Assembly: GCA_051294375.1 (NCBI GenBank)
Contig: CM119267.1
Span: 999,601 to 1,063,600 of the forward strand
DNA length: 64,000 nucleotides
Source: Paraspadella gotoi
Taxonomy: Eukaryota; Animalia; Chaetognatha
Direction: 5' to 3'
How positions within the stretch are numbered: position 1 is the stretch's first letter; every line of letters starts with the position of its first letter. A program made the position numbers and the translations under genes. Below, in pieces: positions 12,301-29,800 of this stretch. The notes beneath the pieces are model-generated. The model was not told the DNA's origin. It did not search any database and saw only the letters and a program-made list of their open reading frames with translations.

Positions 12301-15300
12301 ATGCGAATGACGATGACGACGCCCGAACCTTTTTCGCCGTTGACGTCGACCACGGTGGCCCAACTGTTGGACCGCTACGCCCGCCAGTCGCGCGCCCTCG
12401 ACGACGTCTGCGAAGCCTTCGTCCGCGACATGGAATCCTTTCGCGCCGGCAACGCCTACGTGTCACGCATCAAATATCCGGACGGGTCGCCCATCCCTCC
12501 GCCGGTCATGACCTACGCCAAAAGAGAGGAGATGAAGGTCTGGCGTCAGAGGGCGATTTTGGCCGAAACGAGGATAAAGAATAGAAAGATTAGTAGAGAG
12601 GGAAGGCGGGTCAACGAGACCGGAGAGAAACGGAAAAACCCCTCATCTCACATCACCCGCTCCCCCGGGGGCATCAATGGCAACGCAGATTCGCATCATC
12701 CACTTGTGATTGACAATTCTCGATCTCATATCACGAGCTCTCACCATTCCAACTGGCAACAACCCCAAGAGGTTTACGATGGCGGCAACAGCGTTGCAGA
12801 TGGCCAATTTTATTCTCAGATTATCGAAAACGGCGTGGCCATGAACGGCAATGGAGGATTTTCACAGCAAGCAATTAACGGCCAGTCATTGTCTTTCGTT
12901 CCAAAAGATTTTCATTTTTCGTCTGCAATAAACGGCGATCGGCAAAAGCACGGCGCGGTGCAGGGCGAATCGTCTTCCCCGATTCGCTGTCAAGAATCAC
13001 GATCTTCGCACTCGCTCGTTGAAGAGCGACTCCTCAGCGGAAGACACTTTCCTGCGACATCAAATTCTCAACTCGATTTGGAAAAGAAAGACTTGGACGA
13101 TTCTTGGCCGGAGGAGGATCTTCGAAGAGTTCCTCCGGTCGAGATGGAACCCTTCTGTTCGGCTTCCAAGTTGGGCGATGCCGGACATGAAGTCTCCCGC
13201 AACCCTGAACTCGAACGCGTCGTCTCCTCCTCCGCCACTGCCCTCGATCCTCCAGGTTTCTGCGGCGCCTCCTTGTCCAGCAGCGGATCACTCAGCATTG
13301 ACACGGTCATCCAGTCTCGATCCTCGGACGCCAAAGTCACTATCGAGGAATCTCCGTCTCGAGCCGGCGTCTCTTCTCTCCTCGAAGGACAAAGTCTGAC
13401 TCTTCTCAACAACGTCGACCTCGATGACGAGATGGAACTCGATCTCAGCAAAGAGGGCGTTCTCAAATCGAGACCTCTGGCGGCGAAGATGGCGTCGACG
13501 TCGAATCGATCGAGTGTCGATCTCGACAGCCTCTTGGGCGATTATCGATCGCTGCCCGATGCCGCCGGCTCGAAGAGACTCGATCCCCCGGCTGCAACTT
13601 ATTCCCTATCTGACTCTGCGCTTTTAAGAGGTATATTATTTTCTTGATTGGTCAAATATTGCATTAATAATTTATTTCATTTAGGTCACCCCCGTCTACA
13701 TCCCGTTTCCCCTCAACTCGAAACGACGACGAAATCCGACGAAGACGACGAAGTCCTCCGCCCACGCGAGGATCGACGATCGACTCGAGTCTCCGCCTCC
13801 GAGGATCCCCTCTCGACCCTCAACACCTCCAGCGTCGATCTCAAACAGTTCATGTGTTCGAGTCTTGCGACGACGGACGACGCCACCGAGACGGACGCCT
13901 TCACCCTCATGGACGAGGAATGCCCCGCCTCCGATTGCGGCGACCTTCAGATCCCCGAAGCCATCGAGGAACTTCCGTTGGAGGACGAAGACGTGTCGGA
14001 GGGTGGAGGATGCGACGTTGACGGAACGTTGGAGGCTCCGGGCGACACTTCGCTCGTGCGGACTCGGTCCTTCGTCGTTTCTGTCGCCGAGGATCGTCCA
14101 TCGGATCTTCCGCGCGCTTGCGGAGACCTGGACTCTTTTTTTCTCGAAGGCGGAATTTGGCCCGAAAAGCCCATCGCCTTCGTTAACACCCCAAAGGGTT
14201 CAGTAAGCGGACCCGCCCCCGCATCGATTGTCGCTAAACGATCTGACCCAGAGCCGAACCCGAAGCGTCGAAATTCTTACGATCTCTCGACCCCTTCGCC
14301 GGCGCTTCTTCGGGCGCAAGTGGAAAAGGATCGAGCTTTTTACGAGGCGGCGGCGACGGCGGCGACCTCTCCAGCCGCTGAGGAACGATGGACACCAGGC
14401 GGGGACGAGGAAGACCGCCGCACCGACACGCCCGCCATGAGGAAACTAGTCTATCAGTCAAGACCCGACTTTACCAGCGACCGTCTTGTCCCGCCATCCA
14501 GCGTGGCAGAAGTGGCGGCGGAGGCGGCGGTGAAGGACGGCCGCTATGAGACGAAAAGAGGAAAACCCTTTCTTCTCGAGCCGAGTTTCAGCGGTGGCAG
14601 CGGCGGCGGCGGCGGCGGAGCCGAAGAGGCAACCGCATTCTCCCGCGAGTCGAGCTTCGAACATTTGAGGTCGCAGCTCATCTCGCGACAGAGGGAACAG
14701 TTGGCCGCTCTGCTTCTCAAAGAGGAGAGGGTGGAAAAAGGGGAGAGGAGAGAGAGAGAGAGAGGAGAGAGAAAAGAGAGAGAGGAAAGAACAGAGAGAA
14801 AGTCCGTCGAGGTCAGAGACACCGAGGGAAGGCGAACCGTGGTCGGACGATTATTCGGGAACGTCTTAAAACTGGGCGAAATCTCGAGTCGAAACGAAAA
14901 CTCCAAACTCAGAACCATCAACAACAACAACGACGACGACGACACCAATGGCCGAGAACGCTCGGCGAGCGAGGGATGCTCCTCCGGCGTTGGGACAGAT
15001 TATCGAACGCGTCGCGAGGCGATACTTAAACTCCTCCACGGCGTCGTCGGCGACGTGGACGTCTGCGACACGCCCTCTCCCGACGTCTCGCATCCCAAAG
15101 GTTCGGCTCAAGATTTGACCTGGGACGAAACCGCGGATTTCGGAGAATCGACCGAACGACATCTCGAGTCTCTCGAGTTCCTCGTCGAGCAGACGCGGAT
15201 CGGGCGGCGGCAGAGGACGAGTGCCGAAGCCCTCGCCGCCGCCGTCAGGGGCCGATTGACCAGGAAACTCTGGGCGGTCGGCTCCGTCAGGGATTTGAGA

Positions 15301-15888
15301 TTCTCCTTCTCGCAACTGCGGATGTTGAAGGCGGCGTTGGCGGCGGCGAATTCGGCTGCCGACGCGGAACTCCTCGTCGAGACGGACGAGCGACTGGTCG
15401 CAGTGAGGAAGGACATTCACGACGTCTTCTTCGGGTTGAGCAAAAGGAGTCAGATGGCGTTGATCGCGGCGGACGAGGAAAGAGATGGAAAGGGCATGAC
15501 TGATACAGATGGGAAAGGGATGGTTAGGGATGGGAAGGTGATAGTGGGGGAAGGAGATGAGAAGAAGAAAGCGGACGAGAAAGAGGGGAAGCGGACGGAG
15601 CAGCAGAAGGAAGCGGCGACGCAGAGATCGGGAGGAAAGACTAGCAGAGGCTCCGCCGCAGCCGCTGCCGCTAAATCGTCGAGCAAACTCTGTCGAAATC
15701 AGAAAGAGTCGGCGCGACCGCCGCAGCAGCCGCCGCAGCAGCTACTGCAGCAGCCGCCGCCGCCTCCGAAAGGAACGCCGACGGTGCGACGGGCTCTCGG
15801 CTTTTCGAACGAAAAATTTGGGAAAACTTGGACGAAGACTTCGACGCCAAAATCGTCGCCGTCGCCGAAGGCTAAACCCTGGAAATGA
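12301..15888 (+). CDS. CCP110: Centriolar protein CP110-like; exons 12301-13630 and 13685-15888
   Basis: N-terminal SRIKY.DG.PI.PPVMT..KREEM and C-terminal IQ-like AAVRGRLTRKL...IHDVFFGLS...QMALIAAD resemble the conserved CP110 blocks; a phase-1 GT-AG intron joins the two long ORFs. Confidence 0.7.
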
Positions 15889-15891
15889 GGA

Positions 15892-15977
15892 AATGAGAGA
15901 GATCATTTAATTATTTCAAGTTCAAATTAATATAATGAGAGAGATCATTTAATTATTTCAAGTTCAAATTAATATAA
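15892..15977. repeat. 42-bp tandem duplication just after the stop codon
   Basis: AATGAGAGAGATCATTTAATTATTTCAAGTTCAAATTAATAT occurs twice. Confidence 0.9.
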
Positions 15978-16328
15978 CAAATTGTGATAGGAATGAAGCC
16001 TTATCCCAGTTTAGCTAGTCAGGGTCGAGAGAGCTTGGTTCATGAATGAATAAATAAATAAATAATTATTGGTTGTTTTAATTTTATAAAAATATCATAA
16101 CGGGCATTCGTAAAATTTCTTTGTCAGTCTGGTTTTTATTTTTGATCAAAGTTTATGATTGACAATTATTTATAAATATTCACTTATTCAGCCGTTTCCA
16201 AACGTTCCAACCAAATATTATATTTACTCTCACTTTTTCACGCTTTTATTGATTACATTTCAAAGGATTATTGTTATTGTCTGAAAAATCTTCATCTATT
16301 GAAAAGTGACTTGGACTCAAATCGAAGG

Positions 16329-16646
16329 ATGGGTCATTCGGTTGATTACTTTGGTTTCGCCTTCGCTCTCCTCATCGTCTTCGGCGGAATCCTCGGTTTT
16401 GCCCGCAAAGGCAGCCTGCCCTCCTTGGTCATGGGCCTCGTCGCCGGCGTCGTTTTGGGCGTGGCGGCGCGTCAAGTCTCCGAGAATCCGCGTAACGCGA
16501 CGCTCGGCGCTGTCGTCTGCTCGACATTGGCGCTGATCATGGGATATCGATTCTATCAGTCGGGCAACTTTATGCCGGGCGGACTAGTGGCCGGACTCAG
16601 CGTTGCCATGGCCGGGCGATATCTACTTAAAATGTACTCATCATGA
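16329..16646 (+). CDS. TMEM14: TMEM14-family small membrane protein, single exon
   Basis: DYFGFAFALLIVFGGILGFARKGSLPSL...MGYRFYQSGNFMPGGLVA. Confidence 0.9.
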   Translation: MGHSVDYFGFAFALLIVFGGILGFARKGSLPSLVMGLVAGVVLGVAARQVSENPRNATLGAVVCSTLALIMGYRFYQSGNFMPGGLVAGLSVAMAGRYLLKMYSS

Positions 16647-16814
16647 TGGAACTGGTTATTTTTGTGTCTCTGCAATATACATTCCCGTTGACCATATACT
16701 AGCTGTATATTAAACTTCGCATTGTCGTTATCGAGGTGATATTCTTGTTTATTATTAACGAGGTCGATTTTTAGCTCAAAAAAGCCTTTTCAGTTTTCTG
16801 TGATAAACATCAAG

Positions 16815-18689
16815 ATGACGGATTCTCAAGTGACTAACGAATCTCCGCCGGAAAACGAATCGGCAAAGATGATCTCATCTTCTTCCCCGGAAAACGAATC
16901 GGCAAAGATAATCTCATTTTCTTCGCCTGAAACTGACCAAAGCACCGAAGCTGATCCCAAAGACGCTGACATCTCCTTCGTGGACAACTCTCCCCACGCC
17001 CCCCGTCGCATTCGTCCTTTCCAAAGATTCTCCGAGCGCCTGTTTCCATCAGGCTTTTTCTCCTCCCTCTCTCAACTCTTTCACATCGCCTGGCCGATCA
17101 TGCTCTCTCAACTCAACGTCCTTCTCTTCGTCTACGTCTCCACTCCCTTCGTCGGACGCCTCGGCTCCACCGCCCAACTCAGCGCCGTGGGTCTCGGCTC
17201 CTCCTTCGCCAACGTCGCCGGCATGAGCATCATGTGGGGTCTCTCCACCGGCGCCGAGACACTCGGCTCTCAGGCATGGGGTGCCGGAAATAAGATGCGA
17301 TTGGGACTCATCTGCCAGCGGGCCTTTCTCGTCGGGCTCGTGGCGGTGCTGCCGTGCTGGGCCGTTTATTTGAACGTGGGTCCGGTGCTGACCCTGCTGC
17401 GCCAAGACCCCGAAGTCATCCATCACGTTAACGTCTACATTTACGCGTATCTCCCCGCTCTCCCCTTCTCCTCTTTCTACATCGCAGTCATGAAGTTCCT
17501 CCAATCGCAGCAAGTGGTGCTGCCGGTCGTTGCTGCCGGCGTCATCGCCAATTCTTGCAACGTTCTCTTCCATTATCTCTTCGTCTACGTCTTTGGTTGG
17601 GCGCTTTTGGGAGCGGCGCTCTCCACCGACTTGACTATCCTCATCTTCGGTTTGCTCATGGTGCTTTACATCCAGTGGAAAGGGCTCCATCACGGCTGCT
17701 GGCCCGGGTGGACCCGGGAGTGCCTCCGCGGCTGGGGCGAGTATCTACGCTTCGCGGTGCCCGGCATGCTCATGATCTGTTTGGAGTGGTGGGCCTTCGA
17801 GATCGGCATGGTGACCACTGGTCTCTTGGGCAAGGAATACCTGGCCGCCAACACTCTCTGCTTTTCCTTCAGCGCCTACTCGTACCTCGTTCTCTCCGGA
17901 GTTCAGATCGGCACCATCATCCTCGTGGGGAATTACTTGGGCGAAGGAAAAGGCGCCGCTGCGATGACGGTTGCTCGAGTGGCGCTCATTTGCGGCGTCT
18001 TCGTCTTTGGATTCGCCTTCTTCCTCATCTTCTACACTCTGCGTCATCAATTACCCTGGATCTTCACCGCGGACGAGACGGTGATTCGTTTGACGTCGGA
18101 GGCGATGGCGGTGGTGGCGCTGATGCAGATTGTAGACGGGATCGTCAACACGACGAGCGGGATCCTCAAAGGCGCCGGGAAGCAGCTCTTCGGCGCCGCG
18201 ACCAACTTTTTCGGTTATTACTTTCTCGGTGTCCCGCTGGGACTGACGATGATGATGGATTGGGGGGCGGGGTTGAAGCTGGTCGGGTATTGGTGGGGTC
18301 AAGTCATCGGACTCACTTTCCAAGCCGCCGTCTACTTTGGATACTTAACTTGCAAGATCGATTGGAACAAAACGGCCGAGGCGGCGGTGGCGCGAGCCAA
18401 GAAGACGAGAGGCAAGGAGGAGGAGGAGGAGGAAAAAGAAGAGGAAGTGAAGGTTTCTCGACGTCGTTTCGACGAACGTCTTCCATTGGGCGTGGCTCTA
18501 CTCGTCTTGAGCGCCGCCTTTGTCGCCAGTTTGATTCTCTCCGTCGCCAGCGGAAACTTTCCTCTCGGAATCCATTACAACGTCACGGAAGTCGACGCCG
18601 CCAACTTTTCCGGCGCGGTTTCTGGCTCCGCTAATGTCGCCGCTGCGGATCCCGGCGCTAATTCGACTCTCTACAACGGGATTCATTAA
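16815..18689 (+). CDS. MATE (SLC47-family) multidrug/toxin antiporter, intronless
   Basis: Many TM segments; GLSTGAETLGSQAWGA, MICLEWWAFEIG, GILKGAGKQ..GA..N..GYY..GVP; extra C-terminal TM as in animal MATEs. Confidence 0.93.
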   Translation: MTDSQVTNESPPENESAKMISSSSPENESAKIISFSSPETDQSTEADPKDADISFVDNSPHAPRRIRPFQRFSERLFPSGFFSSLSQLFHIAWPIMLSQLNVLLFVYVSTPFVGRLGSTAQLSAVGLGSSFANVAGMSIMWGLSTGAETLGSQAWGAGNKMRLGLICQRAFLVGLVAVLPCWAVYLNVGPVLTLLRQDPEVIHHVNVYIYAYLPALPFSSFYIAVMKFLQSQQVVLPVVAAGVIANSCNVLFHYLFVYVFGWALLGAALSTDLTILIFGLLMVLYIQWKGLHHGCWPGWTRECLRGWGEYLRFAVPGMLMICLEWWAFEIGMVTTGLLGKEYLAANTLCFSFSAYSYLVLSGVQIGTIILVGNYLGEGKGAAAMTVARVALICGVFVFGFAFFLIFYTLRHQLPWIFTADETVIRLTSEAMAVVALMQIVDGIVNTTSGILKGAGKQLFGAATNFFGYYFLGVPLGLTMMMDWGAGLKLVGYWWGQVIGLTFQAAVYFGYLTCKIDWNKTAEAAVARAKKTRGKEEEEEEKEEEVKVSRRRFDERLPLGVALLVLSAAFVASLILSVASGNFPLGIHYNVTEVDAANFSGAVSGSANVAAADPGANSTLYNGIH

Positions 18690-19386
18690 AGTCGTTTTTT
18701 TAAGACGTTTAAACAGTCACTTTTCGACTGTATGATTGTCACTCTAATTTGTATCCAGGTTTTTTGGGATCGGTTAATTAATTAAATTAATGTTTGTTCA
18801 AAGGTTCGTTATTTTACGGAGTCAATGGATCGGAAGTTTTTTGAGATTTTAGTTTAGGAAAGTCCTCAGTGTGTAGTGATATTAGGATTTCTTTTTCGTA
18901 TCATCGTTTTGTCATAACATAAGCATTGAAAGTTAAAACCGTTGGGATTCATTACTTAACTGATATAAGCTGCGCTAATGTTATTCCCAAGCAATTTTAT
19001 CAAAAACTAAGCTAATTTACACTATTTATATACTTTTTATCGGCATTTTGATGTTTATACGCGCCTCGCTCTCTAACGCTATCTACCGTTTACCTCTAGA
19101 CGTATTTTATCTCACTTAAATTATTCGAACGAAGTTGAAAGCATGACATGACAAACATGCTTGTTTTTTAGAATCTTACCATTTACACGGAAACCGTTGT
19201 TGTTTTTCCAAAGATCAATCAAATGTAGTTAAATCCAGTTGTTTTTTTTCCCCTTCGTTGTTGATTTACATTTTAAATCTTTGTAAAATGTACTTAATAT
19301 CTCTCTCTTTCTCTCTTATTTCCATTTTTCTGACCAGTGACCAGATTGGCAAAAGTCATAAAGCGATAAACGGTTAAAACGAAGAA

Positions 19387-19972
19387 ATGGTCTTCACGTC
19401 GGCCTCGCTCGCCGTTCGAAAATACTTTGGTCGCGCCGGCGTCTACTCTGCCTTTTACAAAAAGGAAGAGATCTATCGAATGACGGGACACTTGATGGGT
19501 CGAGAGAGAAACGTGAAGAAGTTGGCCAGACGCAAGGCCGACCTCGATCTTGGCAAGCAGACCCGAGCCATCCGCGCCGGAATCCCCGATCGAGAGCAGG
19601 AAAAGTACATCGATCTCAAACTCGCCGCCGCCTGCGGAGAACATCGAGTCTCGGCGTCCACCTTCATGGAGGGTCTGGCCAGGATGAGCGTGCAATTGGA
19701 TAAGGTCAGTGTCTCTCTCTCACTCTCTCTCTTTACTCTCTATAGTCTCACACTCTCCCTGCTTCCCCGTTTATCAGAACGTCCTCATAAATCTCTCGAT
19801 CTACGAACCCCGGACTTTCGAGTCACTCGCCCTGATGTCTAAGCAGTACGCCGTTGAAAACGGACACGAGTTTGACGATAAAAGCGTCTATATTCCTCCG
19901 CCGCCCGAAGACTCGATCGTCTTGGACGAAAGAGTCGACGAGATCCCGGATTTGATCAAACGATTTAAGTGA
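19387..19972 (+). CDS. MRPL20: Mitochondrial ribosomal protein bL20m, 2 exons
   Basis: MVFTS start; LAAACGEH...VQLDK|NVLINLSIYEPRTFESLA matches the L20 C-terminal motif; intron at about 19705-19778. Confidence 0.85.
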
Positions 19973-19984
19973 AAGTCGACGCTT

Positions 19985-20070
19985 CTATTTCTACCCCCTC
20001 TCTTCTCCCTCTTCTCTCCCCTCGCATCTTTTTTCCCGCCTTCGCTGTTACGTTGTTTGCTTTTGCTCAG
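19985..20070 (+). promoter_or_regulatory. Unpaired polypyrimidine tract plus 3' splice acceptor; candidate trans-splice site for WRN
   Basis: About 85 nt of pyrimidine-rich sequence ending TTTTGCTCAG, between the MRPL20 stop and the WRN ATG; no convincing donor and no AATAAA in the spacer. Confidence 0.55.
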
Positions 20071-20135
20071 ATAGCGAAAAAAATCACGAAACAACTCGCG
20101 AAACGGCTCGCTTTTGACAAAACAGCTCGAAAACA

Positions 20136-25189
<5,054 letters not shown>

Positions 25190-25388
25190 TCCCTTTATAT
25201 TTTATTTTAACTCTTATAATATATTTCTTAAAAGTGCCAGTTCAAAATTCCATTAATTTTATTTGTTGATGCCATCTTATATCGTTTTCCGTTTTTATTT
25301 AACGCTTTACGATTATTTAAATGTTAATCCGTATTTTTTTCTTATTTTAAGATTTCATTTTAAGTAATTTGATATACTTACAACAAAA

Positions 25389-26989
25389 ATGTCTTCTGCA
25401 TTATGCGCTGAACCGGTCAAGGGTGGATTTAGTTTCGAAAATTGTCAACGCAACGCGATTCTGACTTCGCAGGGACTGGCGATGCCAAAGGCCTACAGCA
25501 CGGGCACCACTATCGTTGGCCTCATATTTAAAGGTAAGGGAGACTGGAGGTTCTTAGTAAGAATCTTACCATCCTTACCTTTTTTCGCTCACGCTCTCTC
25601 AACTCTTTTCTTTCTTCCCCTTCCCCTTCTGAACAGACGGCGTAGTTCTCGGGGCCGACACCCGCGCCACCGAGGACACCATCGTGGCCGACAAGAACTG
25701 CTCCAAGATCCACTACATCGCGCCGAACATCTACTGCTGCGGCGCCGGTACGGCTGCTGACACAGAGATGACCACGCAGCTCATCTCCAGTCAGATCGAA
25801 CTCCACGCCCTCAACACAAACCGGAAGCCGAGAGTCGCCACCGCTAACAGGATGTTAAAGCAAATGCTTTTTCGCTACCAGGTCTGTGTGTGAGATGAGA
25901 GNNNNNNNNNNAGAGAGAGAGAGAGAGAGAGAGAGATCCTCGCAAAGTCAGGAGACAAGATAACTTATTTATAAAATAAATGTATAATTTTTATATTGGT
26001 TGTAGCAGAGAAATACTACTAATAGCAATGATTATAATTATGAAGGGTCACGTGTCTGCGGCCCTCGTCCTCGGCGGCGTTGACGTGACGGGTCCGCATC
26101 TCTACACGATTTATCCTCACGGATCGACGGACAAGTTGCCCTACGTGACGATGGGCAGCGGGTCCTTGGCCGCCATGTCCGTTTTCGAGACGGGGTGAGA
26201 GTGGGCTTGGGAGGCCGGGTGCTCTCAGAGTTATTGAACTAAACTGTAAGACTCTGGAAGGGTCCTGTTATGTTATTATCTTGTAACCCTCAAAAATCAT
26301 GGTGATGATTTAGTAAATTAATGATCGATTGATTTCTTTGTTGTAGTAATTTAATTTGAAACAATTCTTTTGGTGTCAGTTTCAAGAAAGATTTGGAGAG
26401 AGGGGAGGCGGAACAGCTCGTCCGCAAAGCGATTCGTGCCGGAATCTTCAACGATTTAGGTTCAGGTTCAAACGTCGATATTTGCGTCATCACAAAGGTT
26501 CGTCGAGTTCTGTTCACCCTCAAGTTAGGGTGATTTATATAATATATATGTTTTAGTATGTATGTATGTATGTACGTATACTATGTATGTATAGAAAATT
26601 GGGCAAATGACCCTCGGCCGATCTATACGAGCCAATGGCTATACTTGATTAATCATGTCACGGTTCACCCATCTCATTGATGGTCTTTTGTTGGAACCGT
26701 TTCCAATCGTCCTCGTGTCTTAGCCTCGTTCTTAATCTTCGTCTTAAAGACTCTTTCGATAGAAACTCAACAGGGAAGCTGGACTCCCTCCTCAGTCCTT
26801 ACCCATCCTCGTCTTTCTTTCCAGGATCGAGTCGATTACATCCGCCCCTTTGACGAGGCCAACAAGAAGGGCGTCCGCCAGGGCAACTACCGTTACAAGA
26901 AGGGGACGACAGCCGTGTTGACGGAGACGGTCAAGAGGCTCGACTACGCCGTCGTCACCGAGACCGTCGCTCCCATGGACATATCCTGA
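25389..26989 (+). CDS. PSMB7: Proteasome beta-2 subunit
   Basis: Propeptide followed by [47 protein letters not shown]. Confidence 0.97.
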
Positions 26990-27353
26990 TTCCATTTCTA
27001 TCCTCGTTCGAGTGATCAACTTTCTTGAAAAATTCTGCTTTCAAGTCGATCGCGTTCGACGATCGCGTCCGACGATCGCGTCCGACGATCGCCTACGTCT
27101 TTGAAGTCTGAACGACGATTTCCTTTCGATCGCCAACGTTTAAAACTATATATATTTTCCGCCAATTTGGATTGATAGCGCTATTATTGACATTTAACTT
27201 TTTTCTCAGCTCAGACCGTTTAGAAAAAAAAACAAAAAAAAAACAATTGAAGCCGAATTGGTTTATATCAAAAAATGTTTAATTAAAAATCCAGTCAAAT
27301 TATAACAAATGAAGGGGATGTATACGAAAAAACTTAAAACATCATAGTCAATC

Positions 27354-28939
27354 ATGAAATTCGCTCAAGTGAGGGGCTTTTTGTTGTTGTTGTTTCTCTC
27401 CACCTCCTCCTCCTCCTCCTCCGTCAACATCCTTAAAGGCGACGCGGACTTGACTGACTTCCGCGTGGAGTCGATCGTCGACGTGAGCCGGCGATCGAGA
27501 GGCGACGCCGGTTGCGAACGCCGCGTGGAAAAGGGCGACGCCGTCACCGTTCACTACGAGAGGAAACTCGTGGAACGAGAGGGGAAGTTGAGTCAGACGC
27601 TGGATTCCAGGTGAAGAAGAAAGGCTGTGGTCGGTGGGGCGAGTGATACCCATTGGGATGGGGCATCTTTGGGGGCTTCCGACCCTCGGTGACGCCTCCT
27701 GTCACTGGCGCGGTTACCTTAGGACGGTCTCGCTATGCCAACGCGGTGGGAAGTCGTTAGGACTGTGGATGTTCCCCCTCTGAGCCAATGGTATTGGCTG
27801 AACGATGGTGGACGTGAGACGGTGTGAATATACCACCTCACCGCCACAATTAAATTATTTTTAGAATTGTTTACTATGAAAATATAGAAAATGACTATTA
27901 TTTGACCGTTAAAAATAATTATTTATGATTAATTAAAAACGGCACAGTTTCGTTAATTCTTCATGTAAAATGCAGTAACTGAATAATATATAATTAATCT
28001 TTTATTGGCCTAAATACTAGTATTAAACATTCGAAATCCAGACGATAAACTCAATGCGATAATTAATAATGATAAAAGTCAATGTCGCGTTCATCATATT
28101 ATTAATTCCTTCTTTCTCAGCTACGACCGCGATGAGCCTTTCAACTTTCGCGTCGGCGCGGGACAAGTGACGCCGGGTTTGGAACGCGGCGTCATGGGAA
28201 TGTGTCCCGGCGACAAGCGGCGCGTCCACGTTCCTTCTCGTCTGACGCCGGCTGGGGACTTTCAATTGAGGGATGATCAAAGGTGCCCGGAATTTAATGT
28301 CTTTTCTCGTCATCTCATATGTTAAAATTGAAATTGCGCTGAAGAAGACTCGAAGAAGAGTCGAAACATTTCCGTTTCAGAAATAAAACTCGTTGACGGT
28401 TATGGAGGACGTTTTAGGTCACGTGGGACAAGTCTCATGTCATGTCATGTCTCTCTCGTTGTTTGTAAACAAGAATAAACTTTTTCTCTCTCGATAAAAT
28501 TCTACTATATGGAATGTTAATGAATGGAATGTTATGGAAGAATGTTTATGTTATTATTATATTATTCATTTATATTTTAGGACGTCTTTCAGGCTCTTTC
28601 TGTCTCATTCGTTCCTTTTTTCCTTTTCTTATCCCAGTTACGTGATCGAGATCGAACTATTGAACGCCGACCCGGCGCCCGACGTCTTCGGCGCCATCGA
28701 CTCCGACTCGGACGGCCTATTGACGAGACCAGAAGTTCGTCGCTACCTTATCGACGCCGCCCGACGACAGGCCGGCGTTCCCGGCGTTCCCGGCGTTCCC
28801 GGCGTTCCCGGCATCGAATCGGACGCAGAGACGCGAGTGGAATCTCTGGTGGAGGAGATCTTCGGGTCTGAAGACGTCGACGGCGACGGGCTTCGTCTCC
28901 CATCGTGAATTCTCGGGGCCAAAGAGAGACGAATTGTGA
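27354..28939 (+). CDS. ER-luminal FKBP7/FKBP14-like protein (signal peptide, FKBP domain, 2 EF-hands, RDEL); one apparent frameshift near 28889
   Basis: Exons 27354-27610, 28121-28282, 28638-28939; GMCPGDKRR, DSDSDGLLTRPE; removing one G restores DGDGFVSHREFSGPKRDEL*. Confidence 0.85.
27643..27848 (-). mobile_element. Repeat family A, truncated copy
   Basis: Shares GGGCTTCCGACCCTC...CTGAGCCAATGG...CGCCACA with the other copies. Confidence 0.75.
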
Positions 28940-29084
28940 CCCCGAGAGGGGAGGGGGAGGGGGGGGAATAGGAAGATATTTTTTATTCTCGGATTTTTTC
29001 CCTTCAAACGCGATTTTGAAATGTTTTGGTTTAACAATTTTTTTTTTTTTGATATGATACAATCAGGGTAATACTATGAACTAC

Positions 29085-29309
29085 TGTAGCGAATCCTAAA
29101 TTCGTCACCCGTACAGCTTGGTGAAACTCGGCTCGTCCTTTTGGTTTGGACAGCGAAGTACCAACCGTGAGTTCTGGGTTCAATCCCCTCACGGTCACAC
29201 TGGTTAAGTGTGATGGTTTCGGCATAAACACGTCACTGCATGCCTTGAGCGCCAGTTGTCGGTTGATGCCTCACACACTGGTCATCATACATGTCTCTCC
29301 GTTGCCATA
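29085..29309 (+). mobile_element. Repeat family B (solo-LTR-like) with 4-bp TSD CTAC
   Basis: CTAC|TGTAGCGAATCC...GTTGCCATA|CTAC. Confidence 0.8.
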
Positions 29310-29800
29310 CTACTGCTCTTTGGTGAAATTTTTATTTACGCTAAAAGTAAAAGAGAAAATAATGATCGGAAGTCAGATTCGCCGAAAGTTTTTTTTTTTT
29401 AATTTCTTTTTTAATTTCGATTAACATGAAACTTAATATTAATAATATTTTCGTCATTCTATATCGGCCGGTATAAGAATATATAACAAAAATCTTTGGA
29501 TTTTTAACGCAAAATTTAGTCCTAAAGCTTTAATATTTATTGGTTGTTATACTTTAAATTGTTACTTCGTTTTATAAGCGTCATGATTCTTATTGTTCCC
29601 GTTTTGTTATTTTATTCACTATGCAAATTTTATTTGTACAGAATCTACAACTACAACCAAAATAAAAATTATCCGCCCTGGATGGTTTAATGGTTATAAA
29701 TTCTGTTTTAACATCCCCGATTCATATTTCGTCGTAAACTGGTTGATTGGACCGAGCCTCATCTTCTCTCCTTTCGCCGTGGACCCTTCTCCGAGCAGCT

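Noticed and set aside
17555-18634. 359-aa overlapping Arg-rich ORF, and similar shadow ORFs elsewhere
   Set aside because: Alternate-frame shadows of GC3-rich coding sequence
28381-28418. Possible extra FKBP exon
   Set aside because: It introduces a stop in the required phase, and the flanking exons join correctly without it
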